Part shown: positions 8,816 through 15,830 of the stretch, piece after piece
Numbering within the stretch: position 1 is the first letter of the stretch
Layout: each line of letters starts with the position of its first letter
Assembly (NCBI GenBank): GCA_041649175.1
Contig: JBAZNR010000001.1
Span: 847,497 to 911,496 of the forward strand
DNA from: Candidatus Omnitrophota bacterium
GTDB taxonomy: Bacteria > Omnitrophota > Gorgyraeia > Zapsychrales > JBAZNR01
Direction of reading: 5' to 3'
DNA: 64,000 bases
Notes under the pieces: generated by a model
Told to the model about the DNA's origin: nothing
The model's database searches: none
What the model saw: only the letters and a program-made list of their open reading frames with translations
Program-made: the position numbers and the translations under genes

Positions 8816-9775
8816 ATGGATTTTCTAACAAATTTCAAAACAACACTTTGGGCGACGGCTCAAATTTTTTTAATGGCTGGTTGCGGATACTTTCTGGTCA
8901 AACGCAAAACCATCGACCATGCCGGGCTTGTTTTATTAAGCAAACTGATGATCAGCCTCTTTTTTCCGCTGTTCACTTTTCATCAACTCATCACGCATTT
9001 TAGTTTTACGGCTTATCAAAATTGGTGGATCTTTCCGTTGATCAGTTTTTCTGTGACTGCGGCAGGATTTCTTTTAGGGTGGTTTGTGGCAAGGGTAGCA
9101 AAAGTTTCTCCTAAAAAAGATTTTATTGCTCTTGTTGGATTTCAGAATTCCGGCTTTATCCCTTTGATGTTGGTAATGAATTTACTTTCAGGTGAACCGG
9201 CTCAAAGGCTATACATTTATATTTTCTTATTTCTGATCGGATTTGATCTGGTGATGTGGTCTTTTGGCGTATGGTTTTTGACAAGACATAAGGCTGGAAA
9301 ATTTGAATTAAAGAATCTCATAGCGTCGCCGTTTACAGCGATCGTTCTTTCTTTGATCCTTATTGCCTTAGGCTTGAACCGTTTTATTCCGGAAGTTATT
9401 TTAAAGCCCGTTAAGATGTTCGGTGATTGCGCTCTTCCTTTAGCGGTGATGATCGTTGGAGGGAATTTAGCCATGATCGATATTTTCTCTGTCGATAAAA
9501 GAAAAGCGGCGCTGGTAACGCTGACAAAATTAGTTTTGCTTCCGCTTCTTGCTTTTAGTTTCATTCTAGCTTTTAAAACCTATGGGCTGATCGGTTTTCT
9601 GATCTTGCTTCAGGCGTGTGTCCCTAGCGCTAATTCTTTGTCGGTCATTTCCCGCCGCCATGAACTGGAAGATAAATTCCTCAACCAAGGTATTTTCTTC
9701 ACCAATGCTTTAAGTATTTTTACACTGCCGTTTTTTTTAACATTCTACCGGCAATTGGGATTGCTCAATTATTGA
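8816..9775 (+). CDS. AEC-family (auxin efflux carrier / malonate-type) membrane transporter
   Basis: About 320 aa and about 10 TM segments, with hydrophobic repeat architecture typical of AEC permeases. The upstream part of the track ORF (8717-8815) overlaps the tRNA and was trimmed to the first ATG after it. Confidence 0.65.
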   Translation: MDFLTNFKTTLWATAQIFLMAGCGYFLVKRKTIDHAGLVLLSKLMISLFFPLFTFHQLITHFSFTAYQNWWIFPLISFSVTAAGFLLGWFVARVAKVSPKKDFIALVGFQNSGFIPLMLVMNLLSGEPAQRLYIYIFLFLIGFDLVMWSFGVWFLTRHKAGKFELKNLIASPFTAIVLSLILIALGLNRFIPEVILKPVKMFGDCALPLAVMIVGGNLAMIDIFSVDKRKAALVTLTKLVLLPLLAFSFILAFKTYGLIGFLILLQACVPSANSLSVISRRHELEDKFLNQGIFFTNALSIFTLPFFLTFYRQLGLLNY

Positions 9776-9776
9776 T

Positions 9777-10232
9777 ATGGAACCAAAATATTTAGCCAGC
9801 AATAAGAAAGCCTTTCACAATTTTTCTCTTTTAGAAAAATGGGAATGCGGAATTATTTTAAAGGGAAGTGAAGTGAAATCATTGCGCGCGAGTGAAGTGA
9901 ACTTTGCGGATAGTTTTGCTCGCATGGAAGATGGCGTGATCGTTCTTTTTAATTTGCATATCGCGCCTTACGCGCAATCAAGCGAAATGGCTTTAGAGCC
10001 CGATCGGCCGCGTAAACTTTTGTTGCATAAAAAGGAAATTGAGAAAATCTCTGCTGTTGTCTCTCAAAAAGGCTTAACGCTTATCCCGACCAGGATCTAT
10101 TTTAATAAACGCGGGCTTGCTAAAGTTGAATTGGCTTTAGGCCGGCCTAAGAAACTTTTTGACAAGCGTGATGACATTAAGAAACGCGATGTTGATCGTG
10201 AATTAAAACGTGCGACGCGCCGCGGGAAATAG
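9777..10232 (+). CDS. smpB: SsrA-binding protein SmpB
   Basis: 151 aa. KGSEVKSLRA ... NLHIAPY ... LLLHKKEI and a basic C-terminal tail, matching SmpB. tmRNA is present at 15007. Confidence 0.93.
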   Translation: MEPKYLASNKKAFHNFSLLEKWECGIILKGSEVKSLRASEVNFADSFARMEDGVIVLFNLHIAPYAQSSEMALEPDRPRKLLLHKKEIEKISAVVSQKGLTLIPTRIYFNKRGLAKVELALGRPKKLFDKRDDIKKRDVDRELKRATRRGK

Positions 10233-10239
10233 GGAAGTT

Positions 10240-12189
10240 TTAAACGAGTGCGGGATTTTTTGTTTCGGCTGTTGTTAATCCAAACGTAAAGCCTTGCTTG
10301 ACCTGTTCGATCAGAATAGGAAGAACTTTCAAATAGTCACCGACAATTCCATAATCTGCCGCATTAAAGATATTTGAATGCGCGTCAATATTGACCGCAA
10401 GGATCTTTCCTGATTCTTTCATCCCACTGATGTGTTGGATAGCACCGGAGATGGCAACGGCGACGTAAACTTTAGGGCGTACCGTTTTTCCGGTTTGCCC
10501 GACCTGACGGCTGTAAGGCGCGTAACCATGATCGACGGCTTGCCGGCTGGCGCCCCAGTCAGCTTTGATGCCTTTGTCTTGCAAGGCTTTGACAAGATCT
10601 TTGATGAGCTTGAATTCATCTAATTCTCCGCAAGGACGTCCGCCGGAGATGATGATCTCGGCGTTAAAAAGGCTTTGTCCGCCGCTTTCTTTTCGTTCTG
10701 TTTCTAAAATCTCCACAAGAAAATCTTCTTTGCTTAAAACGGGGTGGAATTCAGAAACCTTTCCTTGTCGTTCCGGATCTGGTTTTAGCGCTTCGAAAGT
10801 TCCCGGGCGGGCGGTGGCCATTTGCGGGCACCAAAATCCGATAATGGTCGCTAATTTACTTTCACCGTAAGTGGGGCGAATGGCTTCCAAACAAGGGGCA
10901 AAAATAGATTTTAAACGTTTATTGACAAAATCTCCGATACGTAAAATTGTGCAATCTGCCGTAACACCCGCGCGAAGGCGGCTGGCCAAACGCGGAGCGA
11001 GTTCTCGGCCGGATGTTGTTGCGCCAAATAAAGCGATTTCCGGACGGCGCTGTTTAGAAACCTGCGTAATAACGGAAGCAAAAGGCAAAATAGAATATTC
11101 TTTAAGCCGAGGATCATTAACAACAATCACTTCATCGGCTCCGTGCGCGATAACTTGTTGCGCTAAGGAAGTAACATTATCTCCGATAATAACGGAGGTA
11201 ACGGTTGTTTTTAATTCATCGGCGAGTTTTCTAGCCGGATTTAAAATTTCTAAAGAAGAACGGGCGACCGTATTTCCGTACACTTCAACCCACGTTAAAA
11301 TTCCGCTGGCGCCGTTACGAAAATCAACACGAGGAAATTTATCTTCTTTGGGCGCTTGTTCTTCTTCATTGGTTTCTTCTTTAGGCGTGTGCGATTGTTT
11401 AGACGCTTCGCTAAAAACACGGGTAAGATCGGTGTCAATTTTTTGCTCATCGATCATTTGAACCGGTGGACGATTATGGACAACGTTTACCGCCTTGGCG
11501 ACAACGGTTGGAGAACCGGCGAGTCCAACGGTGTCGGGGCTTAATCCGATCTGATCGAGCGTGAATGTTTCAATGGCAATTTGTTTTGATTTGATCGCGC
11601 CGGCTAAAGACGGCCTTCGGGCGTGGACAGCTGTCGGAGCGATGGAAATAATGCAGGGAATCGGTACTTTGAGGGTTTGATGTCCACCTTCGATCATTCG
11701 CCGTACTTTTAAATGATCTCCGCAATATTCAACATGTTCTACGAAGGTGGCTTGAGGAATTCCAAGATTCTCGGCTGTTTGCGAAGGAACGTGCGCGGTA
11801 TCGCCGTCGCTTGTTTGCCGTCCGGCGAAAATAATGAATTTATTATCTTTAGGAATAAGAGAACTTTTTAATAGTGTGGCGATGGCAAGGCCGGTGGCGA
11901 ATGTATCGGAACCGCCTAAACGCCTATCAGAAAGAAGAACGGCGCGGTCATAACCCATAGAAATTGATTTGCGAAGAGATTGTTCAAAGCTTGGCGGCCC
12001 CATGGAAACAACAATTAATTCCGCGTCGGGAACGTGTTTTTTTATCTGCAGGCCTTGTTCTAAGCCGAAAGAACAATCCACGTTAATGATGGATTTTGCT
12101 TTTGTGCGATCCATCAAGCCGTCGGAGCCCATGCGCATTTCTGACGCGACGGGAACTTGCTTCATGAGACTAAAAACTTTTAAACTCAT
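10240..12189 (-). CDS. Fused electron transfer flavoprotein, N-terminal beta subunit and C-terminal alpha subunit (EtfB-EtfA)
   Basis: The N-terminal half (MSLKVFSLMKQVP...) is EtfB-like. A low-complexity acidic linker is followed by an EtfA-like half with its C-terminal FAD-binding region (...AVAISGAIQHISGMKESGKILAVNIDAHSNIF...). The start is trimmed to the ATG at 12187-12189, preceded by GAGGAT. Confidence 0.85.
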   Translation of the reverse strand: MSLKVFSLMKQVPVASEMRMGSDGLMDRTKAKSIINVDCSFGLEQGLQIKKHVPDAELIVVSMGPPSFEQSLRKSISMGYDRAVLLSDRRLGGSDTFATGLAIATLLKSSLIPKDNKFIIFAGRQTSDGDTAHVPSQTAENLGIPQATFVEHVEYCGDHLKVRRMIEGGHQTLKVPIPCIISIAPTAVHARRPSLAGAIKSKQIAIETFTLDQIGLSPDTVGLAGSPTVVAKAVNVVHNRPPVQMIDEQKIDTDLTRVFSEASKQSHTPKEETNEEEQAPKEDKFPRVDFRNGASGILTWVEVYGNTVARSSLEILNPARKLADELKTTVTSVIIGDNVTSLAQQVIAHGADEVIVVNDPRLKEYSILPFASVITQVSKQRRPEIALFGATTSGRELAPRLASRLRAGVTADCTILRIGDFVNKRLKSIFAPCLEAIRPTYGESKLATIIGFWCPQMATARPGTFEALKPDPERQGKVSEFHPVLSKEDFLVEILETERKESGGQSLFNAEIIISGGRPCGELDEFKLIKDLVKALQDKGIKADWGASRQAVDHGYAPYSRQVGQTGKTVRPKVYVAVAISGAIQHISGMKESGKILAVNIDAHSNIFNAADYGIVGDYLKVLPILIEQVKQGFTFGLTTAETKNPALV

Positions 12190-12196
12190 AACATCC

Positions 12197-13894
12197 TCAC
12201 ATATTTTCGTATTCTGGGCCATCGCCGCCATAGGGCGTTGTCCAGGTAACATTGCACATTGGGTCTACAATATCGCACGTTTTACAATGCACGCAATTTG
12301 ATGAGTGAAGTTTTAATCCTTTTTTTCCTGTTTTAGCGTCGGCGGAAATTTCAAAAACCTGCGCGGGACAATATCGCTGGCAGGGAGCGTGAAAATCCTC
12401 AATACATGTTTCGCAGCTTTTGGCGCTGGGAACAACGATGTGGCTGGGTTGTTCTTCGTCGTGTTTTGTGCCAGAAAAAAAGATATCTGTTTCCTTATCA
12501 AAGGTCAGTTTTTTATCAAAGATCAGAGCCTCTTTATTTCTCTCTAAGAATGTTTTTCCCTTAAATTCTTTAACCGGCTGATAATGTTTGTAATCTTCTT
12601 CTATTTTTAGCCGTCCGCTAAACGATAGCCCGCGTCCGCCGGTTAGAATCTGTGTTCCAAATTGCAACATTCCTAAAAATAAATTAGTTTTGAAGGCTTG
12701 GCGGAAATTTCTCACCACATAAAGCTCTTTAAAGGACTGGCTTTTTTTGAATAATTCTTCGTAAAGGCTTAGTTGCCGGGAAGAGGTATCGTTTTTCTTG
12801 ACGGCCTCAAAAGCGGTTTTGGCCGCCATCATTCCGGATTGAATGGCTAAATGAATTCCTTTTAAGCTCGGCATAGCCAGAAAGCCGGCCGAATCTCCGA
12901 CGATCAGGGCATTGTCATGATAAAGCTTCGGCATGGAGAAAAATCCGCCTTCGGGAATTGTTTTAGCGCCGTAACGTAAAAGCTTTCCTTTTTCTATAAG
13001 CTTGGAAACAAATGGATGTTTTTTGTAAACCTGAAAAGCGTGGTGTGTGTCAAAGGTAGTGTCTTTAGAATCGAGCCCGACCACTAAGCCGATGGCCACA
13101 AGGTTTTTGCTTAAAGCGTAAATAAAACCGCCGCCGAATTGATCAAATTTTAACGGGAAACCGAGCGTGTGAGCGATGTAACCTACGGGAAGTACTCCTT
13201 CCGGGATCTCCCAGATTTCTTTGACACCTAAAGAATAAACTTGCGGATTGCGATCTTTATCTAAGTCAAATTTCTTAATTAGTGTTTTTGTTAAGCTTCC
13301 GCGCGTGCCTTCGGCGAAAATGGTAATCTTAGCCCGAATATCCGTAGCGGGCTGGTAATTTTCCATTGGCGTTCCGTGAGCATCGATACCGGAAGCTCCG
13401 GTGCGCACACCGGACACTTTGCCATTTTCATAAAGAATTTCATGTCCGTTAAAACCGGAGAAGACCTGAATACCTTTTTTCTCAGCGATCTCAGAAAGCC
13501 AGCGTACGATTTTTCCTAAAGAAGCAATATAGTTTCCCTTATTTCCCATATAAGGCGGGTGAAAAGGCAGGGCAAAAGACTTATTTTTTGTAAAAAATTG
13601 AACGTCTTCTTTAAGGACCGGGGTTTCAAACGGGATGTCTTTTTCTTGAATGTCCGGCAAAAGCTCGCGAAGCCCAACGGGGTTAATGACAGCCCCCGAA
13701 AGGGTGTGATTTCCCATAGCATTGGCTTTTTCTAAGAGAAGAATACGAGGAGAAAGCTTGGCTGGGACGGACTTTTCGTTTTCCGCGGATTCATTATGCT
13801 TTTTAACAAGATCAGCGAGGTGAATAGCCGTAGACAATCCGGCAGGCCCGCCGCCAATGATCAAAATATCAGTTTCAATAACAGGATTTTTCAT
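12197..13894 (-). CDS. Electron-transferring-flavoprotein:quinone oxidoreductase (ETF-QO / FixC-FixX-like) with C-terminal 4Fe-4S ferredoxin domain
   Basis: 565 aa. FAD motif ILIIGGGPAGLSTA; C-terminal cysteine cluster CETC...CPAQVF...CVHCKTCDIVDP. Sits directly upstream of etfBA on the same strand. Confidence 0.88.
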   Translation of the reverse strand: MKNPVIETDILIIGGGPAGLSTAIHLADLVKKHNESAENEKSVPAKLSPRILLLEKANAMGNHTLSGAVINPVGLRELLPDIQEKDIPFETPVLKEDVQFFTKNKSFALPFHPPYMGNKGNYIASLGKIVRWLSEIAEKKGIQVFSGFNGHEILYENGKVSGVRTGASGIDAHGTPMENYQPATDIRAKITIFAEGTRGSLTKTLIKKFDLDKDRNPQVYSLGVKEIWEIPEGVLPVGYIAHTLGFPLKFDQFGGGFIYALSKNLVAIGLVVGLDSKDTTFDTHHAFQVYKKHPFVSKLIEKGKLLRYGAKTIPEGGFFSMPKLYHDNALIVGDSAGFLAMPSLKGIHLAIQSGMMAAKTAFEAVKKNDTSSRQLSLYEELFKKSQSFKELYVVRNFRQAFKTNLFLGMLQFGTQILTGGRGLSFSGRLKIEEDYKHYQPVKEFKGKTFLERNKEALIFDKKLTFDKETDIFFSGTKHDEEQPSHIVVPSAKSCETCIEDFHAPCQRYCPAQVFEISADAKTGKKGLKLHSSNCVHCKTCDIVDPMCNVTWTTPYGGDGPEYENM

Positions 13895-14006
13895 AAATTT
13901 AATACAGTTAAGTTATCACAAATTTGTACTTTTACAAATAAATTTGTTAATTTTAAAAATGTCGCAGGAGTCTAGTTTTGTGCCTTTTAAAAATTCTGGG
14001 AGGCCT

Positions 14007-14828
14007 TTAAAAGGCTTGAAGATAGGAATTGACCCTTTTTTTCCATCCCGGAAGCCATTTTTCTTCGTTACGCTGCGCCGGAGAATTCTTGACACGTTCC
14101 TCCAATAGTCTGCCCGCGATCTGCGCAAATTCTTCCAAGGCTTTCGCGCTATCTTCTTGCATTGTCATTTCACTTAATATTTGCAGAAGGCCCCAGCCCT
14201 GGTTTTGATAGCGCTCGGAGGGCAAAACACCCAATCCTTTAAAATTGATATAATCCATAAGCGCGTAAATTCCTGATGGGGTAGAGCTCAAAAGGTAAAA
14301 TTGCTTTGATATCTTAGGACGGTCTTGATCTTTAGCGAACTGTATTAGAGTAGGCAAGGCTTCGTTAAGGCGGGTAAGGAGAAAGGAATACTGATCTGAT
14401 TTTGTTCTGACAAGAAGATCTTGCAGGTCTAAAATCCTGGGATCTTGGGGATCTTTAAGAAAATCTTGGCGGCTATTCCAGGGACAGGGCGGTTTAGGAT
14501 TTTGGGTAAGCCAGCCGGGAGGCGTATTTCCTTTTGATTCAAGGTAGTTTAGCAGCTTGATAAAGCTTTCCTCAAAGGGTCCGCTTGTGGCGGCCGGATA
14601 CCAAATAAAATGTCCGACGCCCAGCGAAAGAAAATCTTCGCCCTCATTCCAGGTTAACAAACATTTATTTTGGTCGGAGCACTCGTTTTGAAATATTCGT
14701 TCGCCGATCTTGAAAACTTGTTCATCGGACAATGTAATATCTTGGGCGCTGGCGTAAGGAAAAAAAGCCCAGAGAACAAAAAATATAGAAATGAAAAGTA
14801 GTTTCTTTGCCATGGAGGATCTCTTCAA
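14007..14828 (-). CDS. Secreted protein of unknown function (cleavable signal peptide)
   Basis: 273 aa. The N-terminus MKRSSMAKKLLFISIFFVLWAFFPYASAQ is a typical Sec signal. No family recognised by eye. First gene of the minus-strand unit containing ETF-QO and etfBA. Confidence 0.55.
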   Translation of the reverse strand: MKRSSMAKKLLFISIFFVLWAFFPYASAQDITLSDEQVFKIGERIFQNECSDQNKCLLTWNEGEDFLSLGVGHFIWYPAATSGPFEESFIKLLNYLESKGNTPPGWLTQNPKPPCPWNSRQDFLKDPQDPRILDLQDLLVRTKSDQYSFLLTRLNEALPTLIQFAKDQDRPKISKQFYLLSSTPSGIYALMDYINFKGLGVLPSERYQNQGWGLLQILSEMTMQEDSAKALEEFAQIAGRLLEERVKNSPAQRNEEKWLPGWKKRVNSYLQAF

Positions 14829-14937
14829 TTAAATAAAAGAAGTTTCTAGTTAACAGGAAATCTATCTTAACATTTTATAGGGTGAAAATAAAGCCCCGTG
14901 GGTTCACGAAATAACTTTGTGGGAAGCCGGAATAAAT

Positions 14938-14966
14938 TTGCAAATCCCGCAACTTGGAATTATAAT
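14938..14966 (+). promoter_or_regulatory. sigma70-type promoter TTGCAA-17-TATAAT upstream of tmRNA
   Basis: -35 TTGCAA at 14938-14943 and -10 TATAAT at 14961-14966, about 40 nt upstream of the mature tmRNA 5' end. Confidence 0.45.
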
Positions 14967-15006
14967 TATCACGCTTTAGATGTAGATCGTTGCTCTTTAA
15001 AAATTT

Positions 15007-15399
15007 GGGGGTGAAATGGTCTCGACTTGAGTTCGACGCTATTTAGGTGGCATGCCGGGGAAGCTTGGTCGGCCCCGATATCAATCCAAGCACACATAAA
15101 CGCAAATAACGACGCGTTCATTGCAGAGGCCGAGGCTATCGCCAACGGCGCTGCAACAGTTGCCGTCTAATAACACGGCACCTTCTTATCTTACTTCGCC
15201 TGCGGGTGGGTAAGAAGCCGATAGCAGGATAGTGGTTGTTTACGCTTTTTAAATAACCATGAAATTCTAAGAAGCTAGTTCTGCCGACATTTGTTTGTTT
15301 GCAGGGAAGCGGAATGAAGTTTCAAAAAACAAAATAAGCATGTAGAGGCCTTTATGGTGTAATTCAAGGACCGGGGTTCGATTCCCCGCACCTCCACCA
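15007..15399 (+). ncRNA. ssrA: tmRNA (SsrA), transfer-messenger RNA
   Basis: 5' GGGGGUG pairs with 3' CACCUCC-A-CCA to form the tRNA-like acceptor stem. The 3' T-arm is GGACCGGGGUUCGAUUCCCCG. An internal tag reading frame (...GCAAAUAACGACGCG...GUUGCCGUC UAAUAA, peptide ending ...AATVAV) closes with tandem stops. smpB lies 5 kb away. Confidence 0.9.
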
Positions 15400-15414
15400 T
15401 TTCTTTCCTTAAAT

Positions 15415-15448
15415 GAAAAACCTCCCACCCCATCGGGCGGAGGTTTTT
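15415..15448. terminator. Intrinsic terminator after tmRNA (bidirectional, A-run/T-run flanked)
   Basis: AAAAA-CCTCCCACCC-catc-GGGCGGAGG-TTTTT immediately after the tmRNA CCA end. Confidence 0.6.
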
Positions 15449-15544
15449 CATCCTACAGAAAAAAGAAATGGTGTCCTGACGAGGCTCCGACCGAGTCAGG
15501 ACACAGGATATTTCAACGGTGAAGGCGTCAAAATTTCGAGCAAC

Positions 15545-15655
15545 AGATACCGCAATTACTTGCTCCGGGTTAGCCCATCGGACCCTTCCAAGTGTTATGT
15601 CGGAATCACGCAAAATATCGAAAAGAGACTTGCCGAGTATAATAAAATCCTATAA
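15545..15655 (+). pseudogene. Truncated remnant of a small GIY-YIG nuclease-family gene
   Basis: Frame translation ...RYRNYLLRVSPSDPSKCYVGITQNIEKRLAEYNKIL* carries the GIY (YLLRV) and YIG (YVGIT..RL.EYN) motifs of the GIY-YIG N-terminus but has no start codon at the motif and stops right after it. Lies immediately 3' of tmRNA. Confidence 0.3.
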
Positions 15656-15667
15656 ACAGACCCCCAG

Positions 15668-15710
15668 CACCTGAAAAATATTGACAAAAAAATATTTCAG
15701 GTGTATTAAA
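15668..15710 (+). promoter_or_regulatory. Promoter (TTGACA ... TATTAA) embedded in a 13-15-bp inverted repeat, candidate operator upstream of the GGDEF gene
   Basis: CACCTGAAAAATATT-gacaaaaa-AATATTTCAGGTG. The -35 TTGACA (15681-15686) spans the left arm and loop. TG-n-TATTAA follows the right arm (15702-15709). Confidence 0.4.
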
Positions 15711-15830
15711 TAGGTAGTTGTTCTGGTATTTTTCAAATCCAATATTTCTGCTGTTGCTCACTTTCAGCACCACTCGCAAATACGTTTCTTAGAAAAATTA
15801 TCTCAAAAGAATTTCTAGCCAAAACTTTTC

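Noticed and set aside
10419-11544. Multiple small and mid-sized ORFs on both strands inside etfBA (e.g. 10871..11461, 196 aa)
   Set aside because: Overlap the conserved EtfA/EtfB reading frame and show no recognisable motifs, so they are antisense artefacts.
13857-14128. 83-aa plus-strand and 70-aa minus-strand ORFs at the ETF-QO/secreted-protein junction
   Set aside because: Overlap the ends of two better-supported minus-strand genes and have no Shine-Dalgarno sequences or motifs.
14829-15006. Possible integrase/att site or mobile element boundary at tmRNA
   Set aside because: No integrase, direct repeats of the tmRNA 3' end, or other mobile genes are present. Only a short GIY-YIG remnant remains, so no mobile_element feature was called.
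15275-15613. 112-aa minus-strand ORF
   Set aside because: Lies entirely inside tmRNA and its terminator, so it is spurious.
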